25,810 nt of DNA from a virus. Lineage: Duplodnaviria; Heunggongvirae; Uroviricota; Caudoviricetes. The position numbers and the translations under genes are program-made. The stretch is taken from IMG/VR virus record IMGVR_UViG_641736224_000035; one strand, written 5' to 3'. This document shows, piece after piece, positions 15,513 to 23,844 of the stretch. Each line of letters opens with the position of its first letter. Position 1 is the stretch's first letter. The notes under the pieces were generated by a model that was not told the origin of the DNA, did no database searches, and was given only the letters and a program-made list of their open reading frames with translations.

Positions 15513-16349
15513 ATGGCTAATGAAAAAAAGACATCCCGCAAAAAGTTTCGCGTGGCTGTCTCCGGATCAACTGTTGATGGCCGTGAAATCAGTCCGGTGC
15601 ATCTGCGTGAAGCCGCCGAGAACTTCAACCCGGATGTTTACGCTGCCCGCGTGAACGTTGAGCACTATCTCTCGCCATGCCCGTCAAGCGAATTTTCCGC
15701 AATGGGCGATGTCACCGCACTGAGTACGGAAGACATTACGGAAGGTCCGCTGGCCGGACGTACTGCGCTGTATGCAGAAATCGAACCGACCGAGCGCATG
15801 AAGCAGCTTGTCGCGGACGGCAAGAAAATCTATTCCAGTATCGAACTGCACCCGCAGTTCTCCGTTAACGGGCGCGCCTATCTGGTCGGGCTGGCGATGA
15901 CCGACACCCCGGCAAGCCTGGGCACTGAGCGCCTGAAATTCACGGCACAGCAACGTCAGGCGGTGATGACGTTCAACAGTGTCCAGGGTGAAGCACCGCT
16001 CATTTCCGAAGCCATCGAGTCTGAAATCATCGAAATGGCAGAACAACGCCAGGAAGAAGGCACCCAGTGGTTTAACCGCGTAATGGGGATTATTGGTCGT
16101 GGCCGCAAAGCGGATGACGCCAGTTTCTCCCGTATTCAGGAAGCGGTGGAAGGCGTCGCAACGTCACAGGCCGACATTATCGACCGTTTTAATGTGCTGG
16201 AAACCCGCCATCAGCAGGACCGCCAGAAAATCACGTCACTGACCACAGAGCTGACAGCACTGAAGGAAAAACTGCGCACGCAGGACGGCGATCCGCAGAA
16301 CCGCTTCACCGCAACGGGCGCAGCCTCCGACCAGCTGGCTGACTTCTGA
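15513..16349 (+). CDS. O: Capsid scaffolding protein (P2 gpO family)
   Basis: Start at MANEKKTSRKKFRV (ATG 15513, AGAGGGG Shine-Dalgarno); conserved YLVGLAMTDTPASLGTE block matches remembered P2 O. Confidence 0.8.
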   Translation: MANEKKTSRKKFRVAVSGSTVDGREISPVHLREAAENFNPDVYAARVNVEHYLSPCPSSEFSAMGDVTALSTEDITEGPLAGRTALYAEIEPTERMKQLVADGKKIYSSIELHPQFSVNGRAYLVGLAMTDTPASLGTERLKFTAQQRQAVMTFNSVQGEAPLISEAIESEIIEMAEQRQEEGTQWFNRVMGIIGRGRKADDASFSRIQEAVEGVATSQADIIDRFNVLETRHQQDRQKITSLTTELTALKEKLRTQDGDPQNRFTATGAASDQLADF

Positions 16350-16371
16350 TAAGACAAAGGAGCAAATTTTT

Positions 16372-17424
16372 ATGAATCTGGTGATGTCAGATATTACCCG
16401 CAACAAGCTGGGTTGCTATATGGCGCAGCAGGCGTCGCTTAACAATATCCCGGTATCTGCACTGGTATCGCGATTTACCGTGGAACCCTCGGTGCAGCAG
16501 CGTTTTGAAAACGCAGTAAAGGAGAGCACTGAATTTACAAAAAAAATTAACGTGTTCGGTGTGACTGACCAGAAAGGCGAAAAAATCCTCCTGGACACCA
16601 CCGGGCCGATTGCGCGCACGAATACCAGTTATGACGGCACAAAACGCCGTAACCCGAATAACGTGGTTGATCTGAAAAACCGCAAATACCAGTGCGAACA
16701 GGTGAACTACGACACGTTTATTTCGTATCCGCAGCTTGATGCCTGGGCGGCACACCCTGATTTTCAGTCCCGCGTCAGCACACAGATTGCCCGGCAGGTG
16801 GCGCTTGACCGCATCATGATCGGTTTCAACGGCACGTCTCACGCGGATGAGTCCAACTTCAGCACTAACAAGCTGCTTCAGGACGTTAACGTGGGATGGC
16901 TGGAGCACATCAGAACCGACGCCAGCGAGCGCGTTATGAATGATGTAACGCTGACCTCCCGCAACATGGACAACACCGTGGCGCACGCGGGTAAATATGC
17001 GAACGCTGATGCTCTGGTACAGGACGCGCGCTCATCCCTGCTGGATGAATGGCACAAGGAAGCTGACGACCTCGTGGTGATTATGGGGCGCAACCTGTTT
17101 AACTCGCTGCGTCTACCCGTGCTGAACAGCATCAGCGGCCAGAATCCCAATGCGGAATTACTTGCCGGACAGCTCATCCTGTCATCGCGCGCCATTGGCG
17201 GGCTGGATGTATTCCTTGCGCCGTTCTTCCCGGATGCAACGATGCTGATCACCTCGTTCAACAACCTGTCAATTTACTGGCAGAAAGGAACAATGCGTCG
17301 CCTGATGAAAGACGAGCCGGAATACAACCGCATCGCCACCTACCAGTCCATCAATGACGCTTATGTCGTTGAAGACTATGGCAAGTGCGCGATGGTCACT
17401 GGCCTGAAGTTCGCCGACAGCTAA
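16372..17424 (+). CDS. N: Major capsid protein (P2 gpN family)
   Basis: Recognised blocks FTVEPSV, IMIGFNGT, LQDVNVGWL, DDLVVIMGRNL, FFPDATMLIT, NLSIYW, YVVEDY shared with P2 N. Confidence 0.88.
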   Translation: MNLVMSDITRNKLGCYMAQQASLNNIPVSALVSRFTVEPSVQQRFENAVKESTEFTKKINVFGVTDQKGEKILLDTTGPIARTNTSYDGTKRRNPNNVVDLKNRKYQCEQVNYDTFISYPQLDAWAAHPDFQSRVSTQIARQVALDRIMIGFNGTSHADESNFSTNKLLQDVNVGWLEHIRTDASERVMNDVTLTSRNMDNTVAHAGKYANADALVQDARSSLLDEWHKEADDLVVIMGRNLFNSLRLPVLNSISGQNPNAELLAGQLILSSRAIGGLDVFLAPFFPDATMLITSFNNLSIYWQKGTMRRLMKDEPEYNRIATYQSINDAYVVEDYGKCAMVTGLKFADS

Positions 17425-17433
17425 TCACCTCAC

Positions 17434-17452
17434 GGCGGGCATCATGCCCGCC
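17434..17452 (+). other. GC-rich hairpin just after the major capsid gene
   Basis: ggcgggca / tgcccgcc 8-bp stem with a 3-nt loop, no U-run. Confidence 0.4.
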
Positions 17453-17469
17453 TGTAACGGAGAGAAAAA

Positions 17470-18270
17470 ATGATTACTCCTGCACAGCAACACTGGCAGA
17501 ACGTGATGGCACAGCGCGCAGGCCGGGCGAATGAAGGCGTGGACCACGCCGCGCGTACCGCGCATGAAGAGGTGCTGTATCGTCTGCGTCTGGCACAGGC
17601 CCGGCTTAAGGGCGTACAGGCCAGAAGCGCGAAAGCCGCCATCAAAAAAGAGTTATTGCCGGACTTTTCCGGCTGGATTGAGGGAACGCTGGAGGCTGAC
17701 GGCGGGCAGCAGGATGAAGTGATTGCCACGCTGATGGTGTGGGCGATTGACTGCGGCGATCTTCCGCTGGCGCTGCGTATTGGTGCATATGTGGTCCGTC
17801 ACAACCTCATCATGCCGGATAACTTTGGACGTACTGCTGCCACGGTACTGACCGAAGAAATCTGTAATCCGGTACTGACGCAGGCCGGGACGGATGCCGA
17901 CGCGGATTTGTCCGCCTTTATCGAACCACTGGACACCCTCCGGGAGATTGTCACCGACCAGGACATGCCGGACGAAGTGCGCGCCAAATTATGCAAAGCG
18001 TGCGCCTTTGCCCGCCGTGGCCTGACCGATGCGGACAGCATGGCCTCATCACTGAAGCTGCTGCGCGAAGCGATGCACCTGAACCCGAACGCAGGTGTGA
18101 AACGCGAGATTGCAACCCTTTCCCGCGCCCTGAAAAAAGCCGATTCCGCAGCCGCACCAGAAGATGCCAGCACACCGCAGGCGCAGGACGAAAGCAGCAA
18201 AAGTAAAAAGACAACGCGGAAGCCTGCAACACGAAAAACCACCGCGACGCAGAAGGCGAAGCGCGGTTAA
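17470..18270 (+). CDS. M: Terminase small (endonuclease) subunit (P2 gpM family)
   Basis: Position after N; basic Lys/Arg-rich C-terminal tail; GGAGAG Shine-Dalgarno before ATG 17470. Confidence 0.78.
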   Translation: MITPAQQHWQNVMAQRAGRANEGVDHAARTAHEEVLYRLRLAQARLKGVQARSAKAAIKKELLPDFSGWIEGTLEADGGQQDEVIATLMVWAIDCGDLPLALRIGAYVVRHNLIMPDNFGRTAATVLTEEICNPVLTQAGTDADADLSAFIEPLDTLREIVTDQDMPDEVRAKLCKACAFARRGLTDADSMASSLKLLREAMHLNPNAGVKREIATLSRALKKADSAAAPEDASTPQAQDESSKSKKTTRKPATRKTTATQKAKRG

Positions 18271-18286
18271 CGACTGACCCCGTCAG

Positions 18287-18357
18287 CGGGCGGCGTGCGC
18301 GGTGTTCCGGTTTGACTCCGTGACCGTTTACACCGCGCACCCACCGCCCGATTTTTT
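18287..18357 (+). terminator. Long hairpin followed by T6 between M and L (candidate terminator or attenuator)
   Basis: gtgcgcggtg (18295-18304) is the reverse complement of caccgcgcac (18331-18340); outer cgggcgg (18287-18293) pairs ccgcccg (18344-18350); tttttt at 18352-18357. Confidence 0.45.
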
Positions 18358-18371
18358 CAGGAGTGAACCCC

Positions 18372-18866
18372 ATGAGTATGGTTGCCAGAACCAACCCCGG
18401 ACCCGCAGAGGACGACATCACCGATACCGATGATGGTGATACCCGTATTTCAGCAGGTGCATTCTGGCCGGATATTGTGCTGCGTGAGCTGCGTCTGGCG
18501 GTACGACTGCCGGGCCGTGTGACCACCTCCCGCCTGCTGCATACAGCCACCGGGGCCGTGGCACACGTTACCCGCGAGCTGGAAGCGTGGCAGCAGGAAC
18601 AGCAGGCGGCTGGCCATCAGACGCTGGCCGATGTTCCGGCACCCGTAATTAACGGAGAAAGCGTCAATCTCTGGCACTGGCGCAATGCGGTTTACACCGC
18701 CACACGCGCCCTGATTCTGGAGCGTTACCGCGATGCGGACACAACGGACAAGGGCGACCGCCGGGCGGACGCACTGGATATACAGACATCGGATTTGTGG
18801 CGCGATGTGAGCTGGGCCATCTCTGACATTCTGTGCCGCCCGCGAATCTTTGCGGAGTTGTGCTGA
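18372..18866 (+). CDS. L: Head completion/stabilisation protein (P2 gpL family)
   Basis: Position and size; start at ATG 18372 (the track start 18363 is a GTG three codons upstream). Confidence 0.72.
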   Translation: MSMVARTNPGPAEDDITDTDDGDTRISAGAFWPDIVLRELRLAVRLPGRVTTSRLLHTATGAVAHVTRELEAWQQEQQAAGHQTLADVPAPVINGESVNLWHWRNAVYTATRALILERYRDADTTDKGDRRADALDIQTSDLWRDVSWAISDILCRPRIFAELC

Positions 18867-19066
18867 TGAAAGTGAAGGCACTGGAAGGCGACACCGTGGA
18901 TTCGCTCTGTTTCCGGTACTACGGCACGACGCAGGGCGTCACCGAAAAGGTGCTGGATGCCAACCCCGGACTCTGTCAGCAGGTATTTCTGGACGCCGGG
19001 CAGGAAGTGGAGATGCCGGAGCCGGAGAAGAAGAAACGAGAAATGATTCAGTTGTGGGGGGAGTAG
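18866..19066 (+). CDS. X: Small tail protein (P2 gpX-like, 66 aa)
   Basis: ATG 18866 overlaps the L stop; position as for P2 X. Confidence 0.6.
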   Translation: MKVKALEGDTVDSLCFRYYGTTQGVTEKVLDANPGLCQQVFLDAGQEVEMPEPEKKKREMIQLWGE

Positions 19067-19068
19067 CA

Positions 19069-19392
19069 GTGAGCACCATTCAAACAGGGATCACAGAGCA
19101 GGTTATTGCGTGGCTCTTTGACCACCTGCCAACGGTGTATGCAGTAGGCGCGGCGGTCAGCATTTCCGCGCTGATGAGTCTTTATGACGGACGAACACTG
19201 GTTCAGACCGTAACGGGATCGCTGGCGTGCGGCGTTCTTGCCATGGCCGTGGCCGGGTCGTTGCGCTTCTTCGGTTTTCCTGAAGATGCCGTGACGTTTA
19301 TCGGCGCATCAATCGGTTTTATGGGGGCAGAGAAAGCACGCGACAAGGTTATTGCGGCCTTTAATCGCAGGGTGAAGGAGAAAGACGAATGA
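19069..19392 (+). CDS. Holin (about 107 aa, GTG start)
   Basis: GTG 19069 with G-rich Shine-Dalgarno; hydrophobic segments followed by a charged C-terminus (RRVKEKDE); directly upstream of the endolysin. Confidence 0.6.
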   Translation: MSTIQTGITEQVIAWLFDHLPTVYAVGAAVSISALMSLYDGRTLVQTVTGSLACGVLAMAVAGSLRFFGFPEDAVTFIGASIGFMGAEKARDKVIAAFNRRVKEKDE

Positions 19393-19781
19393 GCAACACA
19401 TTTAAATTCAGCAGCCGGAGCGAAAAGAATTTGCAGGGCGTAAATCCTGATCTGGTGAAAGTGACCCGACGGGCACTGGAAATCTCGGAAGTGGATTTTG
19501 GTATCACCGAAGGGTTGCGCAGCCGTTACCGCCAGAAGCAACTTGTGGCCACAGGTAAGAGCCAGACCATGAACAGCCGCCACCTTACGGGGCATGCCGT
19601 GGATGTTGTGGCTTATATCGGCAGCCAGGTGTCATGGGAATGGCCGCTGTACGAAAAAATCGCAGCAGCATTCAGACAGGCCAGCCGGGAACTGAATATT
19701 CCGGTGGAATGGGGCGGCGACTGGAAGACCCTGAAAGACGGACCGCATTTTCAGTTACCACACGGAGCCTATCCGGCATGA
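19389..19781 (+). CDS. Endolysin, peptidase M15 (L-alanyl-D-glutamate peptidase) type
   Basis: Motifs SRHLTGHAVDV and PHFQL typical of the zinc D-Ala-D-Ala/L-Ala-D-Glu peptidase fold (recognition by eye); ATGA overlap with the holin stop. Confidence 0.7.
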   Translation: MSNTFKFSSRSEKNLQGVNPDLVKVTRRALEISEVDFGITEGLRSRYRQKQLVATGKSQTMNSRHLTGHAVDVVAYIGSQVSWEWPLYEKIAAAFRQASRELNIPVEWGGDWKTLKDGPHFQLPHGAYPA

Positions 19782-20185
19782 AGCTCTGGCCCACGCTTGG
19801 CGTCGCTTTCCTTCTGATTGCCGGATGGGGAACATCCATGCGTCTGTCGTGGTCGCTGGGCCGGGAGAACGCCAGAAACGAAGCGCAGGCCAGCACCCTG
19901 AAAAGTACCGCCGACACCCTGAATATCATCAGCGCCGGGGTACAGGATATGCAGCAGGTGCTGGCGCAACTCCGCGTGGAAAATCAGCAACGCAATCAGG
20001 ACGGAGAGGTAAGACGTGAACAGCTACGCAACGATATTGCAAAAGATGAATGCGCCCACGCTTTGCCTGACGCTCGTTTTACTGACAGGCTGCGCAGGCA
20101 CGCAGAACGCGCCACTGCCAGCGCCGTCAGTCCGGCTTATACCGCAGACGCTGACCATACCGGTAACGCCTCCCCCCTTCCCTGA
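19778..20185 (+). CDS. i-spanin (Rz/LysB-like)
   Basis: N-terminal transmembrane helix (LWPTLGVAFLLIAGWG) followed by a Gln/Arg-rich coiled coil; ATGA overlap with the endolysin stop. Confidence 0.6.
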   Translation: MKLWPTLGVAFLLIAGWGTSMRLSWSLGRENARNEAQASTLKSTADTLNIISAGVQDMQQVLAQLRVENQQRNQDGEVRREQLRNDIAKDECAHALPDARFTDRLRRHAERATASAVSPAYTADADHTGNASPLP

Positions 20186-20336
20186 CACTCCCACATGGGG
20201 AAATCTCGGTATATGGGGCGACCGCCTTCTGGATGCACTGGAAACCTGTAACGCGGATAAACGGGCCATTGAATTACTGGAACAACGCAGGCTGCAACGA
20301 CTGAACAACGAGGATAACAACCATGCTGAAAACTGA
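20016..20336 (+). CDS. o-spanin lipoprotein (Rz1/LysC-like), embedded in and extending past the i-spanin
   Basis: Lipobox LLTGC in a +1 frame inside the i-spanin, Pro-rich mature part; GTG 20016 has a GGAGAGG Shine-Dalgarno, with ATG 20046 as alternative start. Confidence 0.55.
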   Translation: MNSYATILQKMNAPTLCLTLVLLTGCAGTQNAPLPAPSVRLIPQTLTIPVTPPPFPDTPTWGNLGIWGDRLLDALETCNADKRAIELLEQRRLQRLNNEDNNHAEN

Positions 20337-20790
20337 TTCCCTGCGTGAAGCCATGACCCGTTCATGCCGATGGTGTCAGGCTAACCCGGAAAAATTCACC
20401 ATTTTCGTGGAGAGCGGCAACATTGAAACGACCGGAGAAACTCCCTCGTTTGTTTACCACTATCAGATGGTGATGTTTGTCATGGATTACGCCGGGGAGC
20501 TGGACGACCTCACGCTGCCGCTGCTGGCGTGGTTATCCGAAAATCAGCCACAGTTGTTGCTCAATCCGGAGCGTAATCAGGACATCAAATTTTCCGCCGT
20601 TATCAATGACGATGACAGCGCCGATCTCCTGTTTACGCTCCCCCTGCGGGAACGCGTTCGCATTACGCGCAACAGTCAGGGCACACCGCAGGCAGAACAC
20701 CTGCCGGAGCCAAAACCCCGCCTGCCCTCTTCCGAAGGCGACTGGTCGCATGTATTCCAGGATGTGACGCGGGGTGAAAGCGATGGATAA
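20323..20790 (+). CDS. R: Tail completion protein (P2 gpR family)
   Basis: 155-aa ORF in the P2 R position; ATG 20323 verified. Confidence 0.7.
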   Translation: MLKTDSLREAMTRSCRWCQANPEKFTIFVESGNIETTGETPSFVYHYQMVMFVMDYAGELDDLTLPLLAWLSENQPQLLLNPERNQDIKFSAVINDDDSADLLFTLPLRERVRITRNSQGTPQAEHLPEPKPRLPSSEGDWSHVFQDVTRGESDG

Positions 20791-21418
20791 GGCATTCACC
20801 CGCGTGGATGAAACCTTTGAGGCTATCCGCGACAGCCTGAATCAGCAGGCCATCAATAACATCGCCAGAAAGCTGGCACAGGATTTACGCCGCGCCCAGC
20901 AGGCGCGCATCCGGTCACAGAAAGCGCCGGACGGGACCGCATGGACACCACGCAGACGCCGCGTAACCCGGATACAGGAGCGCATTCGCTTTATCTGGAA
21001 TAACGAAGCACGCACGCTGAAAAACTGGCATCACGACACGGGGAAATACGGGCGAACCATTACCGGGTGGGATGAGGATAAAAACAATATCCGCACGTTT
21101 TATCGGGATGACATCGACCGTTTTCTGGAAATACGCACCCGGCGCATCAACCAGGACAGCACAAAGCGCGTCCCCATGTTCGTAAAACTGCGCACCGCCC
21201 GCTACCTGAAAGCCCGTGCAGATGCTTCCGGTGTGACGGTGGGTTACAGCGGCGTAGCCGCACGTATTGCCCGCGTTCATCAGTACGGTGAGCGCGATCA
21301 GGTTGCGCCGGGCATTTTCACCGATTACCCGGTACGTGAGCTGCTGGGTATCAGCCAGGCAGATGAGCGTCTGATTTATAACACGGTGCTGGGCCGGATT
21401 GCGGAGGCTGTACGGTGA
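20783..21418 (+). CDS. S: Tail completion/virion morphogenesis protein (P2 gpS family)
   Basis: Follows R with overlapping start/stop; ATG 20783 (GTG 20774 alternative). Confidence 0.65.
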   Translation: MDKAFTRVDETFEAIRDSLNQQAINNIARKLAQDLRRAQQARIRSQKAPDGTAWTPRRRRVTRIQERIRFIWNNEARTLKNWHHDTGKYGRTITGWDEDKNNIRTFYRDDIDRFLEIRTRRINQDSTKRVPMFVKLRTARYLKARADASGVTVGYSGVAARIARVHQYGERDQVAPGIFTDYPVRELLGISQADERLIYNTVLGRIAEAVR

Positions 21419-21996
21419 GCGCAGAACTCATGCGACTGCTGAGCAATATCATCCGCACCGGGATCATCTCTGAAGTTGATGAGAAGTCCTGGCGCGTGCG
21501 CGTTCGCAGCGGCGAACTGGAAACAGGCTGGTTGCGCTGGAACACCACGCGCGCGGGAACCTTCAATGTGTGGCTGCCGCCATCAGTGGGCGAACAGGTG
21601 GTAATTGCCTGCATTGGCGGCAACCCGGAAACCGCCATGATAATTGGCAGCCTGTGGAGTGATGCCAATCCGGCCCCCGGCAAAAGCCTGAAAGAAATCG
21701 TGGTCAGCGCGCCGGATGGCGCGGTGTTCCGCTACGACGCGGACGCAGGCGCACTGAGCGCCAGCGGCATGAAAACAGCCACCCTGCAGGCATCCGTCAG
21801 CGTGAAACTGGATACGCCCGTCGTGGAATGCACAAACCTTCTGAAAACAGCCGAGATTGACGTCACAAAAGGGGGAAAGATGAGCGGCAATATCACGCAC
21901 AGCGGCGGCGATTTCACCTCAAACGGCATCACAGTGCATACGCATAAGCACGGTGGCGTTAAAGGTGGCAGCGATTCGACAGGAGGCCCGCAGTGA
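21415..21996 (+). CDS. V: Baseplate spike/assembly protein (P2 gpV family)
   Basis: N-terminal ...NIIRTGII... and C-terminal ...CTNLL...VTKGGKMSGNITHSGG...HTHKHGG... match remembered P2 V; GTG 21415 overlaps the S stop. Confidence 0.78.
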   Translation: MSAELMRLLSNIIRTGIISEVDEKSWRVRVRSGELETGWLRWNTTRAGTFNVWLPPSVGEQVVIACIGGNPETAMIIGSLWSDANPAPGKSLKEIVVSAPDGAVFRYDADAGALSASGMKTATLQASVSVKLDTPVVECTNLLKTAEIDVTKGGKMSGNITHSGGDFTSNGITVHTHKHGGVKGGSDSTGGPQ

Positions 21997-22343
21997 CAAC
22001 CCGCTACACAGGAATGAACCCGGACGGAACGGGAAACCTGAACGATATGGAGCACCTGAAACAGTCAGTCAGGGACATCCTGACCACCCCGCTGGCAAGC
22101 CGGGTTATGCGACGGGAATATGGCAGCCTTGTGCCTGATTTGATTGACGAACCCATGAATAACACCACGCGTCTGCAATGCATGAGTGCTGCCGTGATTG
22201 CGCTGACACGATGGGAACCCCGCATTGCCCTGGACGCTATCGACGTTGTCTGGAAGGCAGGAGGCCGCGCCGGGGTGACGCTGTCGGGCACTGTTATGCA
22301 GACCATGCAGAATGTTGAATTAACCATCACGCTGAGAGAGTAA
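21993..22343 (+). CDS. W: Baseplate wedge protein (P2 gpW / T4 gp25-like)
   Basis: MTTRYTGMN...RVMRREYGSL...WEPR resembles remembered P2 W (MTARYLGMN...); GTG 21993 overlaps the V stop. Confidence 0.78.
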   Translation: MTTRYTGMNPDGTGNLNDMEHLKQSVRDILTTPLASRVMRREYGSLVPDLIDEPMNNTTRLQCMSAAVIALTRWEPRIALDAIDVVWKAGGRAGVTLSGTVMQTMQNVELTITLRE

Positions 22344-22346
22344 ATC

Positions 22347-23243
22347 ATGCCTGCTGTTGACCTTTCCCAGTTACCGGAACCCGCCATCATCGCGAAGCCT
22401 GATTTTGAGGCAATTCTGGCTGACACAAAGGCCATGATGATTGCGGCTTATCCCGCCGAACAGCGTGAAGCCGTTTCCGCCGCGCTGGAGCTGGAATCGG
22501 AACCCCTGAACGTTATCGCCCAGACAACAGCGTTTCGTGAAATGCTGTTACGCCAGCGGGTCAATGAGGGGGCACGCGCCTGCATGTTAAGCCACAGCGC
22601 CGGGACAGACCTGGACAACCTCGCGGGCAATATGAACACAAAGCGCCTGACCATCACTCCGGCAACGGATACCACCGACGCGGTGATGGAGAGCGACACC
22701 TCGCTGAGACTGCGGGCGCAGCGGGCGTACGACGGCCTGAGTGTTGCTGGCCCGTCAGGTGCATACGAGTATTTTGCCCGCAGCGCCAGCGGTCTGGTGC
22801 GTGATGCGCGGGCTATCAGCCCGTCTCCGGCAAATGTGACGGTTTCCATCCTGTCCACTGAGGGCGACGGCACAGCAACGGAGGCGTTGCTTAATACCGT
22901 TCGCGCCGTTCTGAATGCAGAGGATACCCGCCCGGTGGCCGACCGCCTGACCGTACAGAGCGCCAGAATCGTGACATGGCGGCTGAATGCAAAACTGTAC
23001 TTTTACCCCGGCCCGGAATCCGAACCTATTCTGGCCGCGGCTGAATCGTCGTTCAGGAAGTGGCTGGCTGAGCAGGGGCTTATCGGTCAGGACGTGGCGT
23101 TGTCCGCCATTGCTGCCGCACTGCATGTGCACGGTGTGCAACGCGTGGAGATAATCGAACCCACACAGAATATGACCATCAGCGACATACAGGCGGCGCG
23201 CTGTGAGTCATTCACCATCAGCGAAGGTGGACGCAATGAGTAA
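22347..23243 (+). CDS. J: Baseplate protein (P2 gpJ family)
   Basis: 298-aa ORF in the P2 J position; ATG 22347 verified. Confidence 0.8.
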   Translation: MPAVDLSQLPEPAIIAKPDFEAILADTKAMMIAAYPAEQREAVSAALELESEPLNVIAQTTAFREMLLRQRVNEGARACMLSHSAGTDLDNLAGNMNTKRLTITPATDTTDAVMESDTSLRLRAQRAYDGLSVAGPSGAYEYFARSASGLVRDARAISPSPANVTVSILSTEGDGTATEALLNTVRAVLNAEDTRPVADRLTVQSARIVTWRLNAKLYFYPGPESEPILAAAESSFRKWLAEQGLIGQDVALSAIAAALHVHGVQRVEIIEPTQNMTISDIQAARCESFTISEGGRNE

Positions 23244-23844
23244 TTCGTTGTTACCACCATCAGCCAGCAATTTCATGCGTTGTGCCGAAGCCGTCGGAAC
23301 ACGCATTACAGACATTCCGGTAGACCTCAACACGCTGTGGTCGCCGGACACCTGCCCGGTGCATCTGCTGCCTTATCTCGCCTGGGCGTTTTCCGTTGAC
23401 CGCTGGGATCGCAACTGGCCGGAAGAGACAAAGCGACAGGTAATTCGTGATGCATGGCTGATACACCGACACAAAGGGACCATCAGCGCACTGCGAAGAG
23501 CCGTGGAGCCTCTCGGCTACCTGATTGAAGTAAAGGAGTGGTGGCAACTCAACGAGGAGCCAGGAACATTTCGCATTGTTGTCGGAGTACTTGATCAGGG
23601 CATCACCGATGAAATGTATCAGGAACTTGAGCGCCTTATTGCGGATGCAAAACCAGTAAGTCGCCATCTGACGGGGCTGGCGATCAGCCTGAGTGTGAAC
23701 GGAAAGATTTTCGTTGGTACGGGATGCTATCACGGCGATGCCCTGACGGTTTATCCCTACACCCCGGAGTCCATTATTGTCGAAGGGGATTATTTCCCTG
23801 CCCCGGCCATTCATTTAATTGATAATCTGAGAGTAAACGCATGA
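23236..23844 (+). CDS. I: Baseplate protein (P2 gpI family)
   Basis: ATG 23236 overlaps the J stop; position as for P2 I. Confidence 0.72.
   Translation: MSNSLLPPSASNFMRCAEAVGTRITDIPVDLNTLWSPDTCPVHLLPYLAWAFSVDRWDRNWPEETKRQVIRDAWLIHRHKGTISALRRAVEPLGYLIEVKEWWQLNEEPGTFRIVVGVLDQGITDEMYQELERLIADAKPVSRHLTGLAISLSVNGKIFVGTGCYHGDALTVYPYTPESIIVEGDYFPAPAIHLIDNLRVNA

Noticed and set aside
16387-18550. Several minus-strand ORFs (16387..16986, 16878..17264, 17799..18242, 17951..18550)
   Set aside because: All overlap the capsid and small terminase genes on the opposite strand and translate as Arg/Ser/Ala-rich junk; shadow ORFs.
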